Shown piece after piece: positions 56,878 through 64,000 of a DNA stretch of 64,000 nt. The translations under genes and the position numbers were made by a program. Source of the stretch: an uncultured Flavobacterium sp. (GTDB taxonomy: Bacteria > Bacteroidota > Bacteroidia > Flavobacteriales > Flavobacteriaceae); contig CAZSZH010000003.1 in NCBI GenBank assembly GCA_964610785.1, positions 11,390 to 75,389 of the forward strand. The letters are read 5' to 3'. The notes under the pieces are model-generated. The model did no database searches, was not told the origin of the DNA, and saw nothing but the letters and a program-made list of their open reading frames with translations. Positions within the stretch are counted from its first letter, which is position 1. Each line of letters begins with the position of its first letter.

Positions 56878-58137
56878 TTAGTCTGAAATAGTCATTTTTA
56901 CTACTTCTATTTTTGTATTTGTAGCTTCTTCAATTACAAAATGAAAGTTTTCAATCACTATTTTATCACCTTTTTCGGGTATTTCTTTAGACGAATTCAC
57001 TATAAAGCCGCCAAGCGTTCCATAGGAATCATTTTCGGGTATATTCAATTTGTATTGCTCGTTAATATATTCTACGTCCAATCGTGCAGAAAAAAGATAC
57101 GTATTCACATCAATCTGTTTTTCTATAAGCGCTTCATCGCTATCATGTTCGTCTTCAATCTCACCAAAAAGTTCTTCGATGATATCTTCAATAGTAATAA
57201 TTCCGGCAGTTCCTCCATATTCATCCAGAACAACAGCGACACTTTTTCGCTTTTTTGTTAATAGATTCAACCCATCTTTTATAAAGATTGTTTCGGGAAC
57301 AAACTCTACTGGAATTAAAATTGACTTGATACTTTTTGGTTTTTTAAACAATTCAAACGAATGTACATATCCAATAATATCATCAATAGAATTCTCATAA
57401 ACTATAATCTTGGAATAACCAGTATTTATGAATAATTCTCTCAATTCAGCAATAGAATCGAAGACATCAATTGCCGCTAATTCAGTTCTTGGCGTCATAA
57501 TATCACGTGCCTTCACTCCTGAGAATTCGAGAGCATTTTGAAATATTTGAATTTCTGAATCGACTTCTTCATGATCTTGAACAGAACTCATTTGCTCGTT
57601 AATGTAATTTCCTAATTCAACTTTACTAAAAAAAGAAGGTACATAATCGCCTTCGGTGTTAAAGAATTTTTTAAGAATAAAATCAGAAATCCAAATTACA
57701 AATGTGGATATAAAATTGAAGGTGATGTAAAATATATAACTTGGTATCGCAAAAAATTTCATCAAACTATTAGAATAGACTTGAAAAAATACTTTTGGCA
57801 AGAACTCCGAAGTGATTAATACGATTAAGGTTGAAATTAGTGTTTGAATCAATAAACTTGCAAAGTTAGATAACTGAAAAGGAAATGATTGAATCCATTT
57901 CATTACAATATCTCCCATAAAAAAACCATAAACAACCATAGAAATGTTATTTCCTACAAGCATGGTTGCAATAAACTTTGATGGTTTTTCAGTAAGTTTT
58001 GTTAGTATGTTGGAAAGAAAATTATCTTGTTTTTTTTCGATTTCGAGATAGATTTTGTTTGAAGAAACAAAGGCTATTTCCATTCCAGAAAAGAAAGCAC
58101 AAAGAAGTAAACAAATTATAATAATAGCTACTTCCAT
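56878..58137 (-). CDS. Hemolysin-family CNNM/CBS/CorC protein
   Basis: FFSGMEIAFVS, LVGNN, SEFLPK, IMTPR, VLDEYGGTAGIITIEDIIEELFGEI and a CorC_HlyC tail. Confidence 0.92.
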   Translation of the reverse strand: MEVAIIIICLLLCAFFSGMEIAFVSSNKIYLEIEKKQDNFLSNILTKLTEKPSKFIATMLVGNNISMVVYGFFMGDIVMKWIQSFPFQLSNFASLLIQTLISTLIVLITSEFLPKVFFQVYSNSLMKFFAIPSYIFYITFNFISTFVIWISDFILKKFFNTEGDYVPSFFSKVELGNYINEQMSSVQDHEEVDSEIQIFQNALEFSGVKARDIMTPRTELAAIDVFDSIAELRELFINTGYSKIIVYENSIDDIIGYVHSFELFKKPKSIKSILIPVEFVPETIFIKDGLNLLTKKRKSVAVVLDEYGGTAGIITIEDIIEELFGEIEDEHDSDEALIEKQIDVNTYLFSARLDVEYINEQYKLNIPENDSYGTLGGFIVNSSKEIPEKGDKIVIENFHFVIEEATNTKIEVVKMTISD

Positions 58138-58142
58138 AATAA

Positions 58143-58343
58143 TTATTTGGAATTATTTTGTTTGTCTCGAGCTTCAAATTTTTTAGCAAATTTACTTCTA
58201 AAAAAGAATGTAAAAAATGCCAAACCAGCAAGAATAATGCTTAACCAAGGTTTATCGACATCATTCCATTTGGAAGCAGCATCATAAACCATAACAAAAC
58301 CGATAACCAAATAAATGTACTTTGTAATATTAAGATAATTCAT
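58143..58343 (-). CDS. Small two-TM hypothetical protein (66 aa)
   Basis: Fits the gap between lptC (3-bp spacing) and the CNNM gene (5-bp spacing); two hydrophobic helices and a basic tail. Confidence 0.75.
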   Translation of the reverse strand: MNYLNITKYIYLVIGFVMVYDAASKWNDVDKPWLSIILAGLAFFTFFFRSKFAKKFEARDKQNNSK

Positions 58344-58346
58344 ATA

Positions 58347-58898
58347 TTATTGTTTTTCAACTTCTCCAGAAACATTTTGAGAATTGATAATTTTAAAATC
58401 TTTACTAAAATCAATACCTTCGCCAAAAGAAACCCCTTTTGGGTCTGTAAATTTATATCTTTTTTCGGTATAAAACCATTCATTTTTTTGGTCAAAATAT
58501 AATTGTTCCGTTTCAAAGATTTGCCCGGTTTCATTTGTGATTTTGACTTTGCCTTGCAAGTCGATTAAATCTGTATTCTTGAAAGTGACAGCATATTTTG
58601 AATTCACAAACGTTCTTTTACCGTGATCATCGTATAGCGTCACATTCACGCCTTTTGGAAATTCTGTAAAAGGAAATTCCACACTAGCATAGTCAAGCAT
58701 TTTTGGGCTAATTAAAATTGATTTTATCTTGCCCGAATCAGTATACTTTATATTGATTGAATCGGCTTCTCCGCTCGCATTAAATTCGGCAAAAGTAGAT
58801 TTTTGAACTTCTTTAAAATTGTCCTTACAAGAAAAAAGCGTGCAAACAACCAATGCGGTTAAGATGCGAACTATTATTTTTCTTTGGATAGGAATCAT
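58347..58898 (-). CDS. lptC: LPS export periplasmic protein LptC
   Basis: YTDSGK, EFPKGV, SKYA, LQGKV, TEQLYFD and G-GF-type beta-jellyroll pattern; conserved Bacteroidota operon position; LFSC lipobox. Confidence 0.8.
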   Translation of the reverse strand: MIPIQRKIIVRILTALVVCTLFSCKDNFKEVQKSTFAEFNASGEADSINIKYTDSGKIKSILISPKMLDYASVEFPFTEFPKGVNVTLYDDHGKRTFVNSKYAVTFKNTDLIDLQGKVKITNETGQIFETEQLYFDQKNEWFYTEKRYKFTDPKGVSFGEGIDFSKDFKIINSQNVSGEVEKQ

Positions 58899-58902
58899 TA
58901 TT

Positions 58903-60153
58903 TTAAAATTGAACTGTTTGATTGATCCAACAACGCAAATGCACCGATTTTACTTTACTTTTAGAATCAAAAACTACATTTTTTAAATAGTCTTTCGACA
59001 TATTTTCGGCTGTAATTTTATATCTTGGCTCAATATTGATAGCTTTCAAGGCCGTATCGGATGCCAATTTATACATTCCTTTTTTCTCAATATCAGTAGA
59101 AGCGCAGTCATTAATAGCGTTTGCATATAAATTTGCCAGAAAAATATAATATTTGCCATTTGAAGGATTATTTTCCATGGCAACTAACATCATTTCTTTT
59201 GATTTGGCTTTATCAGAACTCGCTAAAATAGAGGCCAGGGTGTATGCCGTTGTAGCTTTTTCATTTTTATCGGAAGTTAATTCAATAGATTCTTTAAAAA
59301 AAGCTATTGATTTATCTTGATTTCCCGTATTCAAATAGTAGGTAGCCAAGTAATAAGCCGATTTAGAGGATGGTTTGGTATTGTGCAGCTCTAATGCAAT
59401 CGTTTCAAATATAGGTTTATTATTGCATTTAACTGAAAGTGCTTGAGCAGCAGCCAACAACCAATTTACATCCGATTTATTACTTTCAAAGTTTTTTTGT
59501 GCATAGGGAACTAAATTTTCACAAATCAATAGATTTTGCATATAAGAATCCATGCCCGATGCCACTCTACTATACTCATTTATTTTGGCAGGAAACTGTA
59601 GTCGATTGAACTCAAGCAATGAATTAATATCAGTATATTTTTCAAGTAAATTATCAATGCTGATTGAAGATTTTTCTAATTTATATTTTTCAAAATACAT
59701 TTCAAAATAAATCAAAAGTGCTTGCGGATTTGAAAATGATTTTTTTTGTTTACTAAAGGCCTGATCTAAATAACTGTATATTTCATCATTTGTTCCAACT
59801 TTACTTTCATATAAAGCCATAGCTCTTTTTTCAAAATTACCATTTCTGTTTTCAGGAAAGTTTTTGTCGAATTGATTGTAAAGTTTAAGTAATTCTCGAA
59901 CCTCTTTTTCTTTATCTTTAGAATCGGCAATTTCGATATTATATTGCAAAACTTTATTTCCTAGAAGATAAACATTTTCACTAAAAGAGGGACATTCAAC
60001 CTTTATTTCATTCCAAACCTCATTCGCTTTTTCATAATCATTTTCGGCAATAAATTGACTTAATTGTTTTTCTTTAGTCCCACAATTTTCCTTCTGCGCA
60101 CTGGCAAAAAAGGTTAAAAACATATACAAAAGAAAGAACACTTTAGTTTTCAT
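58903..60153 (-). CDS. Secreted TPR-like helical repeat protein
   Basis: Signal peptide (..FASAQ); helical repeats such as AYYLATYY..GNQDKS and YIFLANLYA. Confidence 0.7.
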   Translation of the reverse strand: MKTKVFFLLYMFLTFFASAQKENCGTKEKQLSQFIAENDYEKANEVWNEIKVECPSFSENVYLLGNKVLQYNIEIADSKDKEKEVRELLKLYNQFDKNFPENRNGNFEKRAMALYESKVGTNDEIYSYLDQAFSKQKKSFSNPQALLIYFEMYFEKYKLEKSSISIDNLLEKYTDINSLLEFNRLQFPAKINEYSRVASGMDSYMQNLLICENLVPYAQKNFESNKSDVNWLLAAAQALSVKCNNKPIFETIALELHNTKPSSKSAYYLATYYLNTGNQDKSIAFFKESIELTSDKNEKATTAYTLASILASSDKAKSKEMMLVAMENNPSNGKYYIFLANLYANAINDCASTDIEKKGMYKLASDTALKAINIEPRYKITAENMSKDYLKNVVFDSKSKVKSVHLRCWINQTVQF

Positions 60154-60171
60154 ACCATTATAAAATTAAAA

Positions 60172-61446
60172 TTAATTATATTTTCTTTTAATAAACCATT
60201 GATCATTTAATGATAAGCCAATACTAAAATTCATGTAATTTTCTTTCACCAATCCTGCCGACTGAGTTCCTCTGTTACCCAATTCAAATCCGAAATTAAC
60301 ATTAGAGAACGTTCCTCGTAATGGCAATCCTAAACCTAGTGTTAATGCTGCATCTTTGATAGATTGGTCATTGATAATTAAACCTGTGTTTTCATATCTA
60401 AAACCTCCTCGATAAACAACTTTATTAAAAAAATTATTATATGATTTATAGTTAGGGATATAATAACCCCCAAGGACAAATCTTGTTGAATTTTCATACC
60501 TCACCGTTGTGACATCATTAAAACGACTACCAAAACTGCTAGTTCCTTGCTTGGTTATTTGAGTTCCGATGATCCATTTTTTTACTTCTCCAATTCCGAT
60601 CCCGAAAGTAAACTTAGATGGTAATTTCAAAATTGTGTTATCTACAGGAACATCTACTACATCGCCAAGAACTGATTCTACAGTACCACTAAATGCTTGA
60701 ATCAATGCTAATGTTCTGCCATTACTTAAATACAAATTAGCCTCTGGAGAATATGTCAAACTTGAAAAAAGTGAAATCTTTTTATTCAATTTTGATTGAT
60801 AAGAAAGTCCCATATTAAAATTAACGCCTCTAACTTGAGAACTATTAATCTCTCTAGTGCCATACTGTATTTGGGTTCCGTCGGGCATATATTGCATACT
60901 AATAGTTTTAGTATTAATCTTTCCAAAATTATATTGAGCATCGGCTCCGAAACTTAATTTTTTAGAAATTTTAAATCCTAATCCTAGAAAAACTTTATTA
61001 ATTCCACCATCACCACTGTAATAATTATCGGTTCTAAAACCACTACCATCAGTAACTGAATTTCCTACGTTATATCCGACCGACGAATAGGGAATCAATC
61101 CAAAACCAACACCGATTCTTTTTAATGGCAATCCAACAGCTAGATAATCAAGGGTAGTTCTTTTTGCTTTTTCGGTTTGCGAATCAGAACTTAACTTATT
61201 GACAGAGACATTACCTCCCAAAGCATATGTAGTTAATCTTAAACTAGAATACATCGCAGGATTTTCTATATTCAAGTGAATACTATCTGGTATAATAGAC
61301 AATCCACTCATGGAACGATTTTCGATTGTCCCTCTAAAACGAACTTCTCCTATTCCGTAAAATGAATACGGCGAGGAAGTACCCTGTTGAGCAACTAAAA
61401 CTACCGAAAAAAGTAAACTAATACTTACTATAAATTTTTTAATCAT
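60172..61446 (-). CDS. Outer-membrane beta-barrel protein (FadL/PorV-like family)
   Basis: Signal peptide, SPYSFYGIG, NPA, GFGLIPYSSVGY, alternating beta-strands and C-terminal FSIGLSLNDQWF. Confidence 0.7.
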   Translation of the reverse strand: MIKKFIVSISLLFSVVLVAQQGTSSPYSFYGIGEVRFRGTIENRSMSGLSIIPDSIHLNIENPAMYSSLRLTTYALGGNVSVNKLSSDSQTEKAKRTTLDYLAVGLPLKRIGVGFGLIPYSSVGYNVGNSVTDGSGFRTDNYYSGDGGINKVFLGLGFKISKKLSFGADAQYNFGKINTKTISMQYMPDGTQIQYGTREINSSQVRGVNFNMGLSYQSKLNKKISLFSSLTYSPEANLYLSNGRTLALIQAFSGTVESVLGDVVDVPVDNTILKLPSKFTFGIGIGEVKKWIIGTQITKQGTSSFGSRFNDVTTVRYENSTRFVLGGYYIPNYKSYNNFFNKVVYRGGFRYENTGLIINDQSIKDAALTLGLGLPLRGTFSNVNFGFELGNRGTQSAGLVKENYMNFSIGLSLNDQWFIKRKYN

Positions 61447-62170
61447 CGTGATTGTATTGAAAAATTTGGTTTAAACTTTCTAAAAGAAAATTTGAATTGG
61501 CAAATATGGTATTTTTTAATCGTTCAGCCAAAAAATCTGCATCTCCACCCGTTAAAATTATGATAAAGTTATCATTTCTATTTAAATTGAAGTTAATAAA
61601 CCCATCTAATTCCATAAGCACCCCATTAATTACTCCCGAATGTATCGATTGTTCTGTAGAATTCCCTATGAGTTGCTTTGGTGCATTGATTGACAATAGT
61701 GGTAATTTTGCAGTATAGCTGTGTAATGATTCATATCGTAGTCTAATTCCTGGCGAAATTGCTCCTCCAAGATAGTTGTCCTCGGCATCTACATAATCAT
61801 AAGTAATGCAGGTTCCTGCATCGATTATGAGCCTGTTTACATTGGGATACTGTAATACAGCGCCAGATGCCAAAATCATTCTATCAACTCCAAGCGTTTC
61901 AGGAGAAGCATACAAATTTTTAAAAGGAAATCGACTTTGCTTACTAATAAATACCACGATAAGCAAAGCATTAAACTCTAAAAAGTCTTTTTCAGTAAGT
62001 TTTCCAACAGAAGAAATAACCAAATCCGTAATTTTTGGAAAGTTTATTATAATTTTATTTAGTGAATTTTTCCAATCCGAGTAGTTAATAATTTCTTTGT
62101 ATACTATTGTATTCTGTTCAAAAACAGCCCCTTTAATTTGCGTATTTCCTACATCGATGGCTAAAAGCAT
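61439..62170 (-). CDS. coaX: Type III pantothenate kinase
   Basis: AIDVGNT, SSV, LGVDR, IDAGTCITYD, GGAISPG and LTGGDA. Start set at MLLAIDVGNT (62170). Confidence 0.95.
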   Translation of the reverse strand: MLLAIDVGNTQIKGAVFEQNTIVYKEIINYSDWKNSLNKIIINFPKITDLVISSVGKLTEKDFLEFNALLIVVFISKQSRFPFKNLYASPETLGVDRMILASGAVLQYPNVNRLIIDAGTCITYDYVDAEDNYLGGAISPGIRLRYESLHSYTAKLPLLSINAPKQLIGNSTEQSIHSGVINGVLMELDGFINFNLNRNDNFIIILTGGDADFLAERLKNTIFANSNFLLESLNQIFQYNHDD

Positions 62171-62188
62171 AGTTGTTGATTTGTGATG

Positions 62189-62196
62189 CAAAGTTA
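62189..62196 (-). promoter_or_regulatory. -7 box (TAACTTTG) for the coaX operon
   Basis: Exact consensus 18 nt upstream of the coaX ATG. Confidence 0.7.
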
Positions 62197-62221
62197 CAAA
62201 TAGATTTTTTTTAAAATTTGT

Positions 62222-62252
62222 TTTGGATAAATTAAAAATGATTCTATATTTG
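62222..62252 (+). promoter_or_regulatory. Bacteroidota housekeeping promoter for tRNA-Phe
   Basis: TTTG (62222-62225), a 19-nt spacer and TATATTTG (62245-62252) match the -33/-7 consensus. Confidence 0.8.
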
Positions 62253-62313
62253 CACCCGCAATGAAGCTCATTGAACTCCGACAAAAATTAAGAGTATGAT
62301 GGCTTAGTGGCAA

Positions 62314-62386
62314 GGTACCTTAGCTCAGATGGTAGAGCAATGGACTGAAAATCCATGTGTCCCTGGTTCGATCCCTGGAGGTACCA
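62314..62386 (+). tRNA. trnF: tRNA-Phe (GAA)
   Basis: 73 nt. Acceptor stem GGTACCT/AGGTACC plus discriminator A, D-arm TAGCTCAGATGGTAGAGC, anticodon arm ATGGA-CTGAAAA-TCCAT and T-loop GGTTCGATCC. CCA is not encoded. Confidence 0.98.
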
Positions 62387-62394
62387 CTTAAATT

Positions 62395-62434
62395 TCCCTA
62401 ATAACTTTAAAACAAAGTAGTTAGGGATTTTTTG
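62395..62434 (+). terminator. Probable terminator after tRNA-Phe
   Basis: Imperfect stem TCCCTAATAACT...AGTAGTTAGGGA followed by a T-run. Confidence 0.6.
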
Positions 62435-62599
62435 TTTTCTGTGCAATCAATTTTATACCCCCTCATGATTGTTTTTCATAGATTTCGAATAACATCCTTG
62501 CAATTGAGTTGATTAAGTCTTTTTTGTACTTCTGCTTAAAAAGAAGATAAATTCCTCAAGATTTCTGTAACATTACAAACATTCTACTTACTAATAACA

Positions 62600-62607
62600 T
62601 AAATTTG
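62600..62607 (+). promoter_or_regulatory. -7 box (TAAATTTG) for the ABC permease gene
   Basis: Exact consensus 19 nt upstream of the ATG at 62627. Confidence 0.65.
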
Positions 62608-62626
62608 ACCACGAAATAAAACCGTT

Positions 62627-63877
62627 ATGCTTGTTTATCTACGATTATTAAGTGAAAGTTTTGGCTTTGCAATGAACGCATTGCGAAACAACAAGTTGCG
62701 TACGCTACTCTCGCTTCTCGGCGTTACAATTGGAATATTTTCTATAATTGCTGTTTTAGCCGCAGTTGATTCATTAGATCGAAAAATTAAAAAAGATTTG
62801 AGCAGTTTAGATAAAAATACTATTTATTTATTTAAAGGTTCGTTTGGACCTTCAACTGTTCCCAGATGGAAACGGCAACAATTTCCTGATGTAACTTACA
62901 CTGAATACGAGTACTTAAAAGGTGCACTTCCTGAAGCTCAAGAAATGTGTTACCAACTTTTTGTGAAAAATGAAATCATCAAATATGAAAAAAAATCCGT
63001 AAGTAGCGTTAATGTAGTTCCAGTTTCACATGAATTTATAGACATTCAAGGATTAGAATTTTCAGAAGGTCGATTCTACAATGAAGCTGAGGCTAATTCA
63101 GGTGCCGCAGTGGTTGTAATTGGAGATGAACTAGCTAATAGCCTTTTTGAAAATGTAGATCCAATTGGAAAGCAAGTACGTTTATATGGACAGCGCTTCA
63201 CTATAATAGGCGTATTAAAAAAGCAAGGCGCAGGAATGTTTGGCGACAGTAATGATACTTCTGCTTTTATTCCAGTAAATTTTTTACGCAGAATGTATGG
63301 TGATAATAACGATTCTATGACGCCTGTAATTGTAATTAAACCTCAAAAAAAGATTGATATGGACGCATTTAAAGCCGAAATATCTCAAAAGTTACGAGCA
63401 TTGCGTGGAGTAAAAACAGGTGAAATTGATAATTTCTTCATCAATGTTCTTTCTGGTTTCACGGATTTATTGGACGGAATCATTGCAAACATGAATTTAG
63501 GAGGTTGGATCATTGCCGGATTTTCTCTACTTGTTGGAGGTTTTGGTGTCGCTAACATCATGTTCGTTTCAGTTAAAGAACGAACCAACTTAATTGGTAT
63601 TCAAAAATCCCTTGGGGCCAAAAATCGATTTATATTATTTCAATTTTTATTTGAAGCAGTAATCTTATGTTTGATTGGAGGATTAATCGGAATTTTATTA
63701 GTCTGGTTAATTGCAATCGGGTTGACAAAACTATTAGACTTTGAGTTTGTCTTAAGTTTTAGTAATGTGATTTTGGGCTCTGGTTTGGCTATTGCCATTG
63801 GATTAATTGCTGGAATTTTACCGGCTATTTCTGCTGCTAAACTAGATCCCGTAGAAGCTATTAGAAGTGGAATGTAA
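62627..63877 (+). CDS. ABC transporter permease (MacB/FtsX family)
   Basis: LRTLLSLLGVTIGI, a MacB periplasmic domain, GGFGVANIMFVSVKERT.EIG-type block and LDPVEAIR end. Confidence 0.92.
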   Translation: MLVYLRLLSESFGFAMNALRNNKLRTLLSLLGVTIGIFSIIAVLAAVDSLDRKIKKDLSSLDKNTIYLFKGSFGPSTVPRWKRQQFPDVTYTEYEYLKGALPEAQEMCYQLFVKNEIIKYEKKSVSSVNVVPVSHEFIDIQGLEFSEGRFYNEAEANSGAAVVVIGDELANSLFENVDPIGKQVRLYGQRFTIIGVLKKQGAGMFGDSNDTSAFIPVNFLRRMYGDNNDSMTPVIVIKPQKKIDMDAFKAEISQKLRALRGVKTGEIDNFFINVLSGFTDLLDGIIANMNLGGWIIAGFSLLVGGFGVANIMFVSVKERTNLIGIQKSLGAKNRFILFQFLFEAVILCLIGGLIGILLVWLIAIGLTKLLDFEFVLSFSNVILGSGLAIAIGLIAGILPAISAAKLDPVEAIRSGM

Positions 63878-63904
63878 TGTTCATTTAGATTTCCATAATC
63901 AATT

Positions 63905-64000
63905 TTATACTGCCACTACGCCCTTAATATGAGGATGTGGATCGTACCCTTCTAACGTGAAATCGTCAAAAGTAAAATCAAAAATGTTTTTGATATTTGG
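63905..64000 (-). CDS. thyA: Thymidylate synthase, 3' end (gene enters from the right edge)
   Basis: Not in the ORF track. The minus strand reads [31 protein letters not shown]-stop, the characteristic ThyA C-terminus. Confidence 0.9.
   Translation of the reverse strand, partial: PNIKNIFDFTFDDFTLEGYDPHPHIKGVVAV

Noticed and set aside
56878-58137. 'Hemolysin' as a virulence toxin
   Set aside because: The CNNM/CBS/CorC architecture is a widespread Mg2+/Co2+ homeostasis family inside a conserved envelope operon.
62263-62305. Bulged hairpin in the tRNA-Phe leader (AAGC-TCAT-ACTC / GAGT-ATGA-GCTT)
   Set aside because: Only three 4-bp helices with bulges; too weak to call a structured RNA without covariation data.
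62314-62626. tRNA-Phe as an integration site for a prophage or island
   Set aside because: No integrase and no duplicated tRNA 3' end elsewhere in the window; the next gene is a core ABC permease, so the site looks empty.
232-63588. About 40 short (60-116 aa) ORFs in the track that lie antisense or out of frame within longer genes (e.g. 232-426, 7727-8026, 24079-24396, 57050-57400, 58340-58534, 63385-63588)
   Set aside because: Each is almost fully nested in a well-supported CDS and has no motif; they are consistent with shadow ORFs.
1-64000. CRISPR arrays, IS elements or transposases, rRNA and defence genes
   Set aside because: No regularly spaced direct repeats, terminal inverted repeats with a transposase, rRNA-like sequence or defence-family motifs were seen.

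Overview
Chromosomal window from a Bacteroidota genome, most likely Flavobacterium or a close relative. Support for this is the AT-rich sequence, TAnnTTTG -7 promoter boxes, A-rich rather than Shine-Dalgarno leaders, and the coaX-OMP-TPR-lptC-CNNM-PPIase operon. Bases 1-51,052 form one surface-polysaccharide super-locus, almost all on the minus strand and continuing past the left edge, with three recognisable parts. (i) 1-23,459: an ABC-transporter (Wzm/Wzt with a C-terminal domain) cluster with NeuA/NeuB/NeuC of the Neisseria/Campylobacter Neu5Ac type, about 8 glycosyltransferases, 4 methyltransferases, 2 acyltransferase-3 proteins, a FemX-like transferase and a deacetylase-like protein. (ii) 23,595-32,219: PglF/E/D/C-like amino-sugar and initiation genes split by a Wza-Wzc-phosphatase module. 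(iii) 32,222-51,052: a Wzx/Wzy cluster with a second Wza-Wzc pair, UDP-uronic acid genes, rfbB and a frameshifted WxcM/FdtA remnant. Bases 51,123-64,000 are housekeeping: recR, an SSS symporter, a CoA-binding protein, marC, a PpiD-like PPIase, a CNNM protein, lptC, coaX, tRNA-Phe(GAA), an ABC permease and the 3' end of thyA. Best leads: a Gly-to-Val change in the Wzt ABC signature (YSSVM), a complete sialic-acid pathway with no recognisable sialyltransferase but an orphan GT-B protein next to neuC, and a deacetylase-like plus FemX-like pair that may aminoacylate a glycan. No mobile element or CRISPR array was seen. Family assignments come from motif recognition by eye, not from database searches.
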